The notes under the pieces were generated by a model. That model was not told where the DNA came from and ran no database searches. It saw only the letters and a list, made by a program, of their open reading frames with translations. Shown here one piece after another: positions 41,401 through 52,592 of a stretch of DNA of 64,000 nt. A program made the translations under genes and the position numbers. The stretch is from the NCBI GenBank assembly GCA_040954595.2, contig CM082576.2, positions 3,570,760 to 3,634,759 of the forward strand, in the 5' to 3' direction. Source of the stretch: Balanoglossus misakiensis (taxonomy: Eukaryota; Animalia; Hemichordata). The stretch's first letter is position 1, and each line of letters begins with the position of its first letter.

Positions 41401-42695
41401 TTTTCGACTTTCCGAAATTTCAAAATTTCTTCATTTTTTGACAAAATCATGGGTTATAGCTCAGGAAAATCATCCACAAATGACAATTTTTCGACTTTCC
41501 GAAATTTCAAAATTTCTTCATTTTTTGACAAAATCATGGGTTATAGCTCAGGAAAATCATCCACAAATGACAATTTTTCGACTTTCCGAAATTTCAAAAT
41601 TTCTTCATTTTTTGACAAAATCATGGGTTATAGCTCAGGAAAATCATCCACAAATGACAATTTTTCGACTTTCCGAAATTTCAAAATTTCTTCATTTTTT
41701 GACAAAATCATGGGTTTATTGTTCAGGAAAATCATCCACAAATGACAGTTTTTCGACTTTCCGAAATTTCAAAATTTCTTCATTTTTTGACAAAATCATG
41801 GGTTATAGCTCAGGAAAATCATCCACAAATGACAATTTTTCGACTTTCCGAAATTTCAAAATTTCTTCATTTTTTGACAAAATCATGGGTTATAGCTCAG
41901 GAAAATCATCCACAAATGACAATTTTTCGACTTTCCGAAATTTCAAAATTTCTTCATTTTTTGACAAAATCATGGGTTATAGCTCAGGAAAATCATCCAC
42001 AAATGACATTTTTTCGACTTTCCGAAATTTCAAAATTTCTTCATTTTTTGACAAAATCATGGGTTATAGCTCAGGAAAATCATCCACAAATGACAATTTT
42101 TCGACTTTCCGAAATTTCAAAATTTCTTCATTTTTTGACAAAATCATGGGTTATAGCTCATGAAAATCATCCACAAATGACAATTTTTCGACTTTCCGAA
42201 ATTTCAAAATTTCTTCATTTTTTGACAAAATCATGGGTTATAGCTCATGAAAATCATCCACAGATGACAATTTTTCGACATTCCGAAAATTCAAAATTTC
42301 TTCATTTTTTGACAAAATCATGGGTTATAGCTCATGAAAATCATCCACAAATGACAATTTTTCGACTTTGCGAAATTTCAAAATTTCTTCATTTTTTTGA
42401 AAAAACCATGGGTTATTGCTCACGAAAATCATCCACAAATGACAATTTTTCGACTTGCGAAATTTCAAAATTTCTTCATTTTTTTGAAAAAACCATGGGT
42501 TATAGCTCACGAAAATCACCCACAAATGACAATTTTTCGACTTTGCGAAATATCAAAATATCGTCGATTTTTGATAAAAATCATGGGTTATAGCTCATGA
42601 AAATCATCCAAAAATGACAATTTTTCGACTTTGCGAAATGTCAAAATATCGTCGATTTTTGAAAAAAAACATGGGTTTTAGCTTATGAAAATCAT
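17457..42695 (+). repeat. 87-bp AT-rich satellite array, about 290 monomers ('unit B')
   Basis: Consensus TCATGGGTTATAGCTCATGAAAATCATCCACAAATGACAATTTTTCGACTTTCCGAAATTTCAAAATTTCTTCATTTTTTGACAAAA (87 nt, 25 G+C, ~29% GC). Copies are near-identical and head-to-tail, with the last ~4 monomers diverged. Confidence 0.99.
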
Positions 42696-45529
42696 CATTT
42701 TCATCGTATTTTTCTCGTTGATGTTTAAAATGAGACACAACACAAAACGGACGGCTTGTATGCAGAAAACAAAGGGAAAACTAATTTTTAGCGTATATGC
42801 ATCGACGCAGTACTTCTGATCTCTCAAGCTAACTTCCGAAATGGATTACACGGGTTGCCAGTTATTCTGTCTGAAGAGGAGCTTGTTGGCAAGGATTCTA
42901 GCGCATTTTTACTCCGGGTGGCGACGTTTTACAACCAGGGACAATGCCACGACGCGTGTGATACCATAGTGTGCGCGAGTAGGATGTACGGGAGGAACTG
43001 CTCAGTGAAACTGGGTATATTCTGGCATTCTTTGTTGTGGTGTTTTTCTGTCATTGTTTGAGACCTCTGTATAAGACTCTGTGTGACATCTCCGTTGAAA
43101 GCGCCGGGGAGCCGTATTTAACACGTCGGCGGTCTGAGTGAGTGAGTGAGTTCGGAGAAACCAGACCTCTTTCGTCCGCGCTTGCGCCGTTCTACTCTTC
43201 TGTCAAAGAAGGACTGAACAGTTCTTTTCCGAAAATCTAAGCCGAGTCTTCGTGAATTCGTTGAGTTCTGACTCAGGAGGAGGGTGTGGGGCTGATAATT
43301 TGTTCTGAGCAGTAAGGCAGTCCAGAAAAACTTGACCTTTAAATTAAATTTGAATGTAAACTGTGGTTCTTGTCTTCCAAGGAGGGCAGTTTGTGCAGAT
43401 CTATGTGTCTTTGACAAAATATTATCTCATGTACGATATTCACCTTTTGTAATGTACAATCAGCTCAATTTTATGTATATAGCATTTAATATTATTTTCA
43501 ATTAAATGAATTGAATAAAATAAATACAATGTGGTTGTATTGGTTTAAGCAGATGGGACGAATCTTTTCATCTTAACATAAAGAAATCTTCAACGAAATC
43601 GCCCGATACCTCAGTCTTTGATAGTTCGGGATTTCATCTTTAACAGGTTTACTTTATTTCACATTTACAGCCTCAGAGCTGTATCTTTATTAGAATCCGC
43701 TTTCTCGGATAAAAATGTATTTTTTCTACAAGTACACGTCTGCAGTACTCAAAGGTAATTTCTTCAATTACGCTTATCGCATTTGTAGATGACGACACAA
43801 GCTGTCTGGCGATCCGTTTCACTGTTAAACAGTTTCCACCAGTAGTTTGTATTGTGTTTAATGTACAGGCTGAGAATGTTTTCATCGGTCTTCAAAATTA
43901 AGTGTTTTGTCTTTGTTTCAAGGGAGTTTAATTAGCTCGCGATTGCCGGCTTTCTTCAGGGGTGGTGTTTTTTTGTCATCGCTAATTCCACGCTTTCAGA
44001 TTTGGCCCATTCTTTTCAGGGCACTCTGTGCACCCAGGCCCCCTAGGCGGAAGAATTCTTTGGAGGTTTCCACAACGCTTCCCGCTGTTTCACGCCACCT
44101 GCCCCAGTGTAAGGTGGCCGATTTGCCCAGCACGCGACTGGTAAGCGATCCAAATGCGATCACTTAATTTCTCTCCTTTTTCGGGAGAGAGGGGGGGGGG
44201 GTTTACTCGCGCGCTAATGGGCGACAAGTTCCGCGACCGCGCGGCCATTTGCCAACGATTCTGACACGGGTGAAATCGCTGAAAATGAAAACCCAATAAA
44301 ACTAATAAGCAAATTGGCGAAATCTACCCCAGTACTTAGAAATCGACATATGTGTTTGCATTTTATGGCTAATCCATTTCAGACTTCCAAACTGTCGGTG
44401 AGTATTCTGGCCAGACGGAGCCGGGATTTCTTTCAGTTTGCGTAATCCAGGTAATTATACCAGGAAGGTTTTGAGGACAATTTTATGCGAATGTAACCCC
44501 CCTCCATTCTATTGTGCCATTGCCAAAAAATCAACACTCCAGCTGAAAACAACCTGTAATCAGAAAGAGTTGACCAACGCAAATTTTATCCCTTTCTCTT
44601 CGGATTTTATGCAGAGATCTTCAATTCTCGGCAGTACGCGAAAAATAACCGGTGATATGCAAGTTTAAGTTCTGTTAAAACACTGATGTTTATCCTTATC
44701 TATAACAAGGCACTATTAAACACGGTTAAATGAAAAGGAAATAACTAAATACGCCCCAAAACCAGATCGCATCCCTTTTTCTTTTTTTGTGATGATATGA
44801 ATGTGTATATTTCATGAAGATTATCGATTTTTCGGTAGTGCTTTGAGTGAAATTAATGATAGTACTTCATAGTTCATTGGGTTGCAAGTGGAGATTCAAT
44901 GAAAATTTGTCCTGTTGATTCTATGCATCATTTGTGCTCTTTGCTGTAGTTTCAAGCCTTATGTTACCCAGGTTTCAATCGAGATAGTTAAAACCAAATC
45001 CAAGGGCCGGGAGACACCCTTGAAGAAAGCTCAGAAGGTAAAACAAGAATCGCGAAAAATATAAACAAATGGATGTTGAAGACGTGTTGATAAGAGGGGC
45101 TCGACTGTGACACTTCGTGTCGACGTAAAAGGCTTTTATCCACACACCGTTAAATTGTTCCCCCTTTTAACGGCCCTTTCGAGTGTACTCAACTGCGAAA
45201 AACGTGTGGCAAAATGTGGCAACCCTGTCATTAGACCAGTGTAGCAATCTGTCAGAGAGGCTGCTCCCTACCGCTCTCATCTCCCCTGCCCTGTTATTTG
45301 TTCCTGAACGCCTCAATGCCGCTTTAACAACAGTGAACACTCCTCTCGCGACGCGAACTTTTCGCGGCATCTGCAACTGCGCTTGTCTTTCTGCCGACGG
45401 ATTCTGAGTCGATTCCGATCAAAGGAGAATTGTCCCAGGTTGTTTATATCTATTAATTTATCGCTGCATACCAGCGCATTCTTTCAGGACCTAACCTGCA
45501 TTATTCGTTGACATATTGCGATTGTACCC

Positions 45530-45680
45530 AATTCCGTCCCTCCTGCCTCCATCCCTTTCTCATCCCTTTCTCTCTGTCTCCTCTATCCCCCCGTCTTTCC
45601 CCTATCTCTTTCCCCCTCCCTTCCTCCCTACCTTTCTCTCTCCCCTCCCTCCCTCACCCCTTCACTCACTTTCTCTCCTT
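45530..45680. repeat. CT-rich low-complexity (polypyrimidine) tract
   Basis: About 150 nt almost entirely C/T on the + strand. Confidence 0.75.
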
Positions 45681-48324
45681 GAGTGACTTTGATGAAAACA
45701 GTCATCTGTGCGGAGTTATGAGAAACTCTAAATAAATCGTATGTGTGTTCAGTACTTGAAATAGGCCAAATATTTATCTTTTTTCTTTCAAACTAATGCG
45801 CAACTTTCGAAATAAAATTTAATGCATTTGCGGTTTCCAATCTTTCCTCCACCAGAATTAAATCCCATCTACAGTCGCGCCACCAAGTTTTATTCTCCTT
45901 AATAAACTTTTAACAAGCATGTCGTTCTGTCAAAACATAGACAGTCAGGCTGTGGTCATATTTACTGCCAAATTAATGTAATGATTGGTTCATTTTAGGA
46001 AGTATCTCGACAGCTTTCACCCGAAAGAAAATTCCCGCCAGGTCCAAAGCAGAGACACTCGAACGATGAAATAGTAATTTTATTGATAAGATTGTGACCA
46101 CTGTCTTGGGTGTCTCCAAAACAATCAGAGTTGTATCGCTCATCACGCCAATTCACCCTTAACGAAGCTCGAGTCGCCAAGCTGTCACGCAAACACGGCG
46201 GTAATTGTAACGGTCAAATACCCGGGACGCGGGGAAAAGGCTACGCAGGATTTGCAATTTGGAAGTTCACATCACGGATATTAAAGAGAAAATATGATTT
46301 TCATAATGTTTCTCCTGCGGGCGCAGAGGAACACATCTCGAAGTCGCCGCGAGGAAGACGATAGTCAGCCAAGGCACTTGAAAGCACCCAATCGCTAATG
46401 CGATTTCGCAGGGACCTCGTCACCGGAAGGCGTTCGGCTCAACGCAATGTAAGGTCACTGCCGCTGAAAGTGAAGTCACGCTTTCCCTACGGCACCGTCC
46501 CAGTATCGATTGCTCGCATTCCCGTAATCAGCACGACGTGCGCGGATTACATTCTGCGCGCCAAAACTTCTCCAACGCACTTCTCGTTTGGATTTTTTCT
46601 CTCTCTCAAATATCGGTCTCTATTCACCTACATTTGCAATTTTGATTTATTCTCGATCATTAGCAACACATTTCCACAAAAATTACATGTAACCGTTTTG
46701 GACCCTTGTATTTCTTTATTCTATGAGAGCCGACCCCTGTCCATCTGTCGAGTTTTCAACGATAAACTTTGATATGCATTGTTATGAATCTAAACCTATT
46801 TTCTTCAAAATTCTGATAGTGCATAACATGAATAAACCGGCGAATCGGGAAAATTTTACGAAAATTTTATTACGATAATTTGCGTTAAATCAAGATGTTG
46901 TAAATTTATTGCTAAACGCATTAACACACGCGCAGAACTCACTCAAAATTCTCCTCTAAGCCAAACTATCACCTTTCAAATATAATAAACGCGGTCAAAA
47001 CATTTCTCAGTCGTTCGCGTGCGACGTCGAGAACACCCCCACGAAGGATGGAATACGACAACACTGAAATGTACAAACTGAGGAGACATGTTAATTTCGT
47101 TGGTACGGACGGGCCACGTACCCTTGTTGATTTCTCTAGCTTTTTTTTTTTACTTTTCCGACTTCGAATCAGGCTGCTTAATGATCATTCATTTGGGATT
47201 CGAAGAAATTGAATTGACATCCCGGCCCCTTCATTCTCCATTCGGTGTATCATCCTGCCGCATTACGCTTGGTCAATTTGCTTGACCCCAATTTGCCGGA
47301 TTAATAGAGTTGTAATGGGAACATAATTTCAATTAGAAACTCCATTACAAAGATAATACATGCCTAACTGTGTCATAATAGCATGCCTGATACAGTCATG
47401 GTCCGATATCGTGTTTGCTCATGTACCCGAAATACTATTTTTCCTCGCTTGTAATTTCGCATATTATTTCCTACTTTAGCTCGTCTCAAAACGCTTAATA
47501 AGGTCGGTGACTGAACGTAAATATCACTTGGAAAATTTTGATTTGAGGCTGACAATAGAACATCATTGCGGATTAAACTCGCAGATCCTTGAAGAATGAT
47601 GTGGGTATTTAAAGTGAGAGAAGAGGGCGAGGAGGCCGACTCGAAATCTTAAATACGAGATGCGGATAGTTGTCTGTATACGCGACATCTCTCTGGTGCG
47701 CAGGTGCGGGTACATTACTTCACCTCCTGAAGTGATTCAGTTTGTGATGTAGGAGGGAGTCATCATCGATCGCCCATGCGCTCATTTCTCCACCAGAAGC
47801 GATCTCCCAATGGCTGCATAGTGCACATCTACACACACACGCACATAGCAGACCAGAGTATATGTATGCATAACATGTAACTGCGGGCAGTGATTTGTTA
47901 TTAACAATTACCCGTCGACAACAAATAGGTTTTTAAAAGCTTCACTCTTCGGAAGCGATGAATCCCTCTAGGGGAATGAATTCGGTTTTTCACTTCTTCT
48001 CTTTTTTCGCTACAGCTTGCATTCATAAGCGGCATCCGAGGTCCCCCGCCGAAAAAAAAACCCAACCAGCCCGCCTGATGAAGACTCTCTCGACTTGGCT
48101 CTCGTGATCTCGTCTCTCCCCCTCAATGTATTTTCTAATGACTTCCTCTCCAACCCATTACGTCTGCAGTGATACCTTATCATAGGTTCGGAATTCAATC
48201 CTCACTCATTACGGTCCCTGGACCCAATTTCAATCAGTTTCAATTCGAATCAGGAAGAGAGCACATGTGCCTCTATAATCAGGAAGAGTTTTCTTTTCCC
48301 TTTAATACCGACGCTGATCCCGAA

Positions 48325-48500
48325 ACTCTTCTCTCTGTGTGTCAGTCTCTGTCTGTCTATCTGTTCCCTGCTCTTTTTCTCTGTCTCTCTGATCGGCTAT
48401 GTCTCTCCGCTTATCTATCCTCCCTCCCTTTCATCTCCCTCCCAACCATCCTCCCCCTCCCCTCCCTCCGTCACACCCCTGCCTGTCCCTCCCTGTACCC
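48325..48500. repeat. CT-rich low-complexity tract
   Basis: ctctctgtgtgtcagtctctgtctgtctatctgttccctgctc...ctccccctcccctccctcc. Confidence 0.7.
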
Positions 48501-50172
48501 AACCAAAAAAAGAACCGGAACAGACCCTCCCCTGATGTACACAAAATACTCCAAACCGGGTTAAAGAAAACCACTTTTACGCTACGTCGACTTTCATCTT
48601 TCGCAACGCTGCATCAGACCAATCATCTACACACAATAGCCCCCCCCCCCTTCCTCTACCCCGGCGAGAAGGGAGAACATGATGACGTCACGGCTGCACA
48701 GTCCTGTTTAATACCAATCGTCGTCGAATCATGTAAACTTTGTTGTTGCGTTAATTTGACATCATTTCCCTTTGATATCCAGTGTAAAGAGTAATAAGAG
48801 TTTAAACACCGGCCATAAGTTATTTATTGGCCCTATAAATCATGTAAAATACGAGAGGATTACACTCAATTTGGCTCGCTCGTTGTTGGTTACATTCCAT
48901 AATTACTCGGAAAGTTTGAATCTCTTCGCTGGCCGAGCTCTTCAAGTGTTCCGGTGCACTTTTATTCAGTACCAGTCACCCCTTTTGCGGCGAACGCAGA
49001 GATTTGGTGACAGTATAGATACAATTAATTATATTTAATATAGCAAGAACGGGGTTGGCTTTGTAACGCACCCAGCGACGCTCACTTCTGTTTCTTTGTA
49101 TTTTGGGAGTGACGTCATCTTAAATTTTGTGTGTGTTTGGATGATTTTGTTCTATTTTGTTTTGCTGTTTCCGCTCTGAATGATAATATCTCACGAGTGA
49201 TTAATTCAAGCGACCACCGCGACACCACATCAGGGCGGGGGGGGGGGGGGACTTGGTTTCCCCCTTCCTATTGTACGGTGTCGCGCGCTGTGAAGAACGC
49301 GACGCTGATTCACTGCGACTAATCAATCCCCCGACACCATTTCCGCGTGTTCACGTCAATTTCTGGCAGTCCAGGCAACAAATTCCCAACGAGATCGCAA
49401 ATTTATCGGTCTATTCACACCCTAAATTGATTCTGCAATTTATGTTCCCGACCAACTTTTATTTTCTCCGACCAGCGGTGAAATAGTAAGAGAAATCGCG
49501 TTCTTGTCAATCTTCTGTCATTGAACTTGGCTTTTGTTTCCTTTGAGAAATAAACAGCAGCGAAATGAACGCAAATTGACACAAAAATCACTGAGCTGAT
49601 TAAATTAAGTGTACACAGAATCTTGCTGTCATATTTCAGTGAATTGCTTCCGGATTCACGCATATTTAATGTATTGATTTAACCTAAGTTATATTAATTG
49701 CAGCTATTTGTTTTTTCTCGGTAATTAGCAATGATACGGTTAAACTCAGTAAACACTGGCGAATACGAAAGCTGGGATGGGAGTTTACAATAATTCGTTT
49801 TGAGGAGCTTCACTTAATTCCCTTGCTCTCTCGCCTTTTCGTTGTTGAACGAAAATTCGGGATTAACTCCGCAAGAAAAACGACTAAAGCTGCCAAAATG
49901 TAGCGTATGAAAATAGCCGGCAGGTCTCAGTAGTTAAGTAGTATTTTAGTGACATTTGGTCTATTGTACGTGTGAATACTGCTGAAGCTGGTGGCATTCT
50001 TCTCTCTGTAAAAACCCCTTTCTTTCTCAGTGCTCTCTCACAAAGAAGCCTGTAGCTAGCCCAAGGTCTATTTTAGTTAAATACGAGTAAAACCCCGTGC
50101 TCGTCGCGGAGCAGTGTAGCGTGCTCTCCGCTCGGTGGGTGGGTGTGCTTCTCTGTGAAAGCAATTAGTCGG

Positions 50173-50270
50173 CGGCCAATAGCGGCGTCGCACCGCTAAT
50201 GAAGGGGGCTAGCCCCCACCATTGGCCGAGCCGAAAACACATGAATCTGACCGCAGGCGTTTATATACGG
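50173..50270 (+). promoter_or_regulatory. Putative core promoter of the Prop/unc-42 homeobox gene (two inverted CCAAT boxes plus TATA)
   Basis: CCAAT at 50176-50180, ATTGG at 50221-50225 and TATATA at 50262-50267, about 170 nt upstream of the ATG at 50433. Confidence 0.55.
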
Positions 50271-50432
50271 TGAATAAGCAGTCTTGCAAGTTGCACTATA
50301 CACCCCCCTTTCAAGTTTCTATATTTTTTTGGCGAGGGACAGCACCGTCCAACCCCAAACAGCATCACTCTGGAGTTCTTTGGAGGTAGCGTTTCGTCTT
50401 TCCCGACCAACCACTCCTCTTTTTTCCCAGTC

Positions 50433-50544
50433 ATGGCCGACGAGCAGAGAGTTCCCGAAGAGGGCCAGGGCAAGAGAAAGTGCGAGGACTTCACAGCGCT
50501 GTACCTCGACAGCACCCGATCCTTAAATGGTGACACCGCTACCG
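50433..50544 (+). CDS. Prop1: Prop/unc-42 homeobox gene, predicted first coding exon (MADEQRVPEEGQGKRKCEDFTALYLDSTRSLNGDTAT)
   Basis: ATG in a good context (gtcATGG). The 112-nt exon ends at a strong donor G|gtaaga in phase 1, matching the phase-1 start of the homeobox exon at 56230. A promoter-like region lies just upstream. Confidence 0.7.
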
Positions 50545-52520
50545 GTAAGAAAATATCCCACTTCGATATTCATCCCACATACACACTTACGAAAAAGTGA
50601 TCAAAATGAGGTAAAATTGCTTAACTCAGATGTGTGCAGTTCAGCTAGCTAAAATACCACGATTGAAACTTTCAGCCAACTCTTTTGCGTATACCTGTGA
50701 CATACTAACCAAATTTCGAAACACAATAAATCCCGTTTCTTTGAGAGTCCAATCCACTTATGGTCTTGATAGGGCTACTCTTTCCCCGGTGATAGTGTCG
50801 AGTCTCAGCGTTTACACAAACGATTGTGTGTATTTGTAGCCTAATCTACTTAAGGGGGAACACTTGATTTTATTTTGAGAAAATGCTACCATTTCAAGTG
50901 GCTGTCCTTGTTTATTCTGCATCCAGATACCCAAACAACGGACGTTGTGACCAAAAACAATGCGCTATCTTCGGCGTGAAACAAGATCGACGACACACAA
51001 AAAACTCAGCCAACACCACCATCAAAAAGTTTTATTTTTGCGCGGAAACTTTTTTGTTCGCTCGCTCCAAAACACCGAAGAAATAAAAGAACAACAAGTT
51101 GCCCGCGAGATTCTTGCCAGTTTGCCTTTCACAGAGACTGTAAGTAACCCGATCTTGGAATAAGGCCCCCGGCGGTGAATTTTCACTAAACGATCCAAGC
51201 GCGCTTATTGAAAGTTAATAGTTTGGCTAACATTATCGCCGTGTACCCCAGACACTGTTGGAAGATGGGGCCTGAATTGTAAACAGATCCAATGAGCTTA
51301 AGTACCTGGGCAGACGAAACGCTGTGAATGCAAACAGGTAACCGATAAATCAGACAGTGACCATAATAATATGCAATACAATTAAATTTTCTCAAGAAGG
51401 ACGTGAGGATGGGGAGTGAGAAAGGTAGGCCTCCACTTTCGGTTTTCGAATTGTGATATAGAAAGCGTAATTCGTGAACTCGATTTGCCTTTTTTACCGA
51501 AGCCAAAGCCTGGAAATGGACGGATGATTCATGCAAACAACCGATCATCATTCTGATAACCCATGTATAAGATGCGATGACTAGCAACGTTGTTGTACTG
51601 GCGATGAAGCCATAGTTTGGTTAAAGCGTTGGGTATCGGTCTGATTGGTCGATCAGCTAATTGGAAGTTTGACAGATTTTGGCATGTTTCTGACTAAGTC
51701 GCAAATTACGAATTTGGTGATATAATTCACGTTTGGTACTAATGATTCACGGCTCGGCAATATCGCACCGCCTTAACAGGAACATAGACGGCAGATCCCC
51801 CACCAATCATTTTAATTGTTCATTTCTCTTTTGAGGAACGGGGCTTTAAAGGTCTGTTTTGTGTACACGCGAATTCCAACAGCGCATACACATAGTGTTG
51901 GTTTCAGAACGCTCGCCGAGCGATGCACAAGTCGTGTGCCACTGATTCCGTCTCCCGTCGGCAATCCACGTGTCGGGATTTCCTGCAGCGATGGGGTGTT
52001 AAATGGCTGGTTTATTTTCAACAAGTTTTTCTTTTCAAGTGATTGACAAAACAATACAAGGAGGATGTTTGGAAACAATAAACGAGTAAATTGGAGCTAA
52101 TCTTCGGCGCGTTTCGGCATTATTGAGACGAGTGGAAGTGTGACTCCGTGGGTAGCCGTTGGGTGTTCACTTCTTGACACGTGACGGCGGAAGCACGCAA
52201 CGAAATGTTTCCAATAGGGAAAGATTTATTAATAATGATGTCAATTTCCATAATCGTGAAAAACGCTTATCTCTTAAAATCACCAGTCGGCTAAATTAGC
52301 GCGACTGTTTTTTTCTTTGGCGGGATTGGGGACTCAGACTGACGCTGCAGAATGTATTTTGCACGTCGACGCGGAGCCTGTAAATATGAGATCAAATATA
52401 GCTTCTTTTCGCGAAACGGTACAACATCGCAAAAATGGGGATAGAATCACCGTGACCGAAATATTTCAGATTTTGTCAGAAGTCTTTTTCCTGTAATTTC
52501 TTGAACTTTCTTCCTCACAG

Positions 52521-52592
52521 ACAGACCGTACTCACATGACTTCGCCAAAACGACACCATGCATACACAAGCAAAGCACAATCACCGCGCCAT
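52521..52592 (+). CDS. Prop1: Prop/unc-42 gene, probable 72-nt symmetric internal exon (DRPYSHDFAKTTPCIHKQSTITAP)
   Basis: Acceptor ctttcttcctcacag, donor T|gtatgg, phase 1 at both ends, and open in the required frame. Confidence 0.5.

Noticed and set aside
17494-42600. Very long repetitive ORFs (up to 1277 aa; MTIFRLSEISKFLHFLTKSWVIAHENHPQ or MGYSSGKSSTNDNFSTFRNFKISSFFDKI repeats)
   Set aside because: The 87-bp unit is divisible by 3 and happens to lack a stop in one frame (two frames in the CAGG variant). Stops (18565, 20740) and frameshifting +1, +2 and -8 indels have been freely propagated, and there is no synonymous-site variation pattern. This is satellite DNA, not a repeat protein.
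17070-42695. CRISPR array interpretation
   Set aside because: The units are contiguous and near-identical with no unique spacers, there are no cas genes, and the context is eukaryotic.
16668-43091. 9-bp inverted match AGATGTCAC / GTGACATCT as element termini
   Set aside because: A 9-mer match is expected by chance between two ~1-kb flanks, it does not extend, and there is no TSD.
50337-50346. REST/RE1 element (GGACAGCACC) in the Prop 5' UTR
   Set aside because: Only the right half-site is present; the TTCAGCACC left half is absent.
51052-51072. miR-375-like seed TTTGTTCG
   Set aside because: The sequence diverges after the seed and no complementary arm forms a precursor hairpin.
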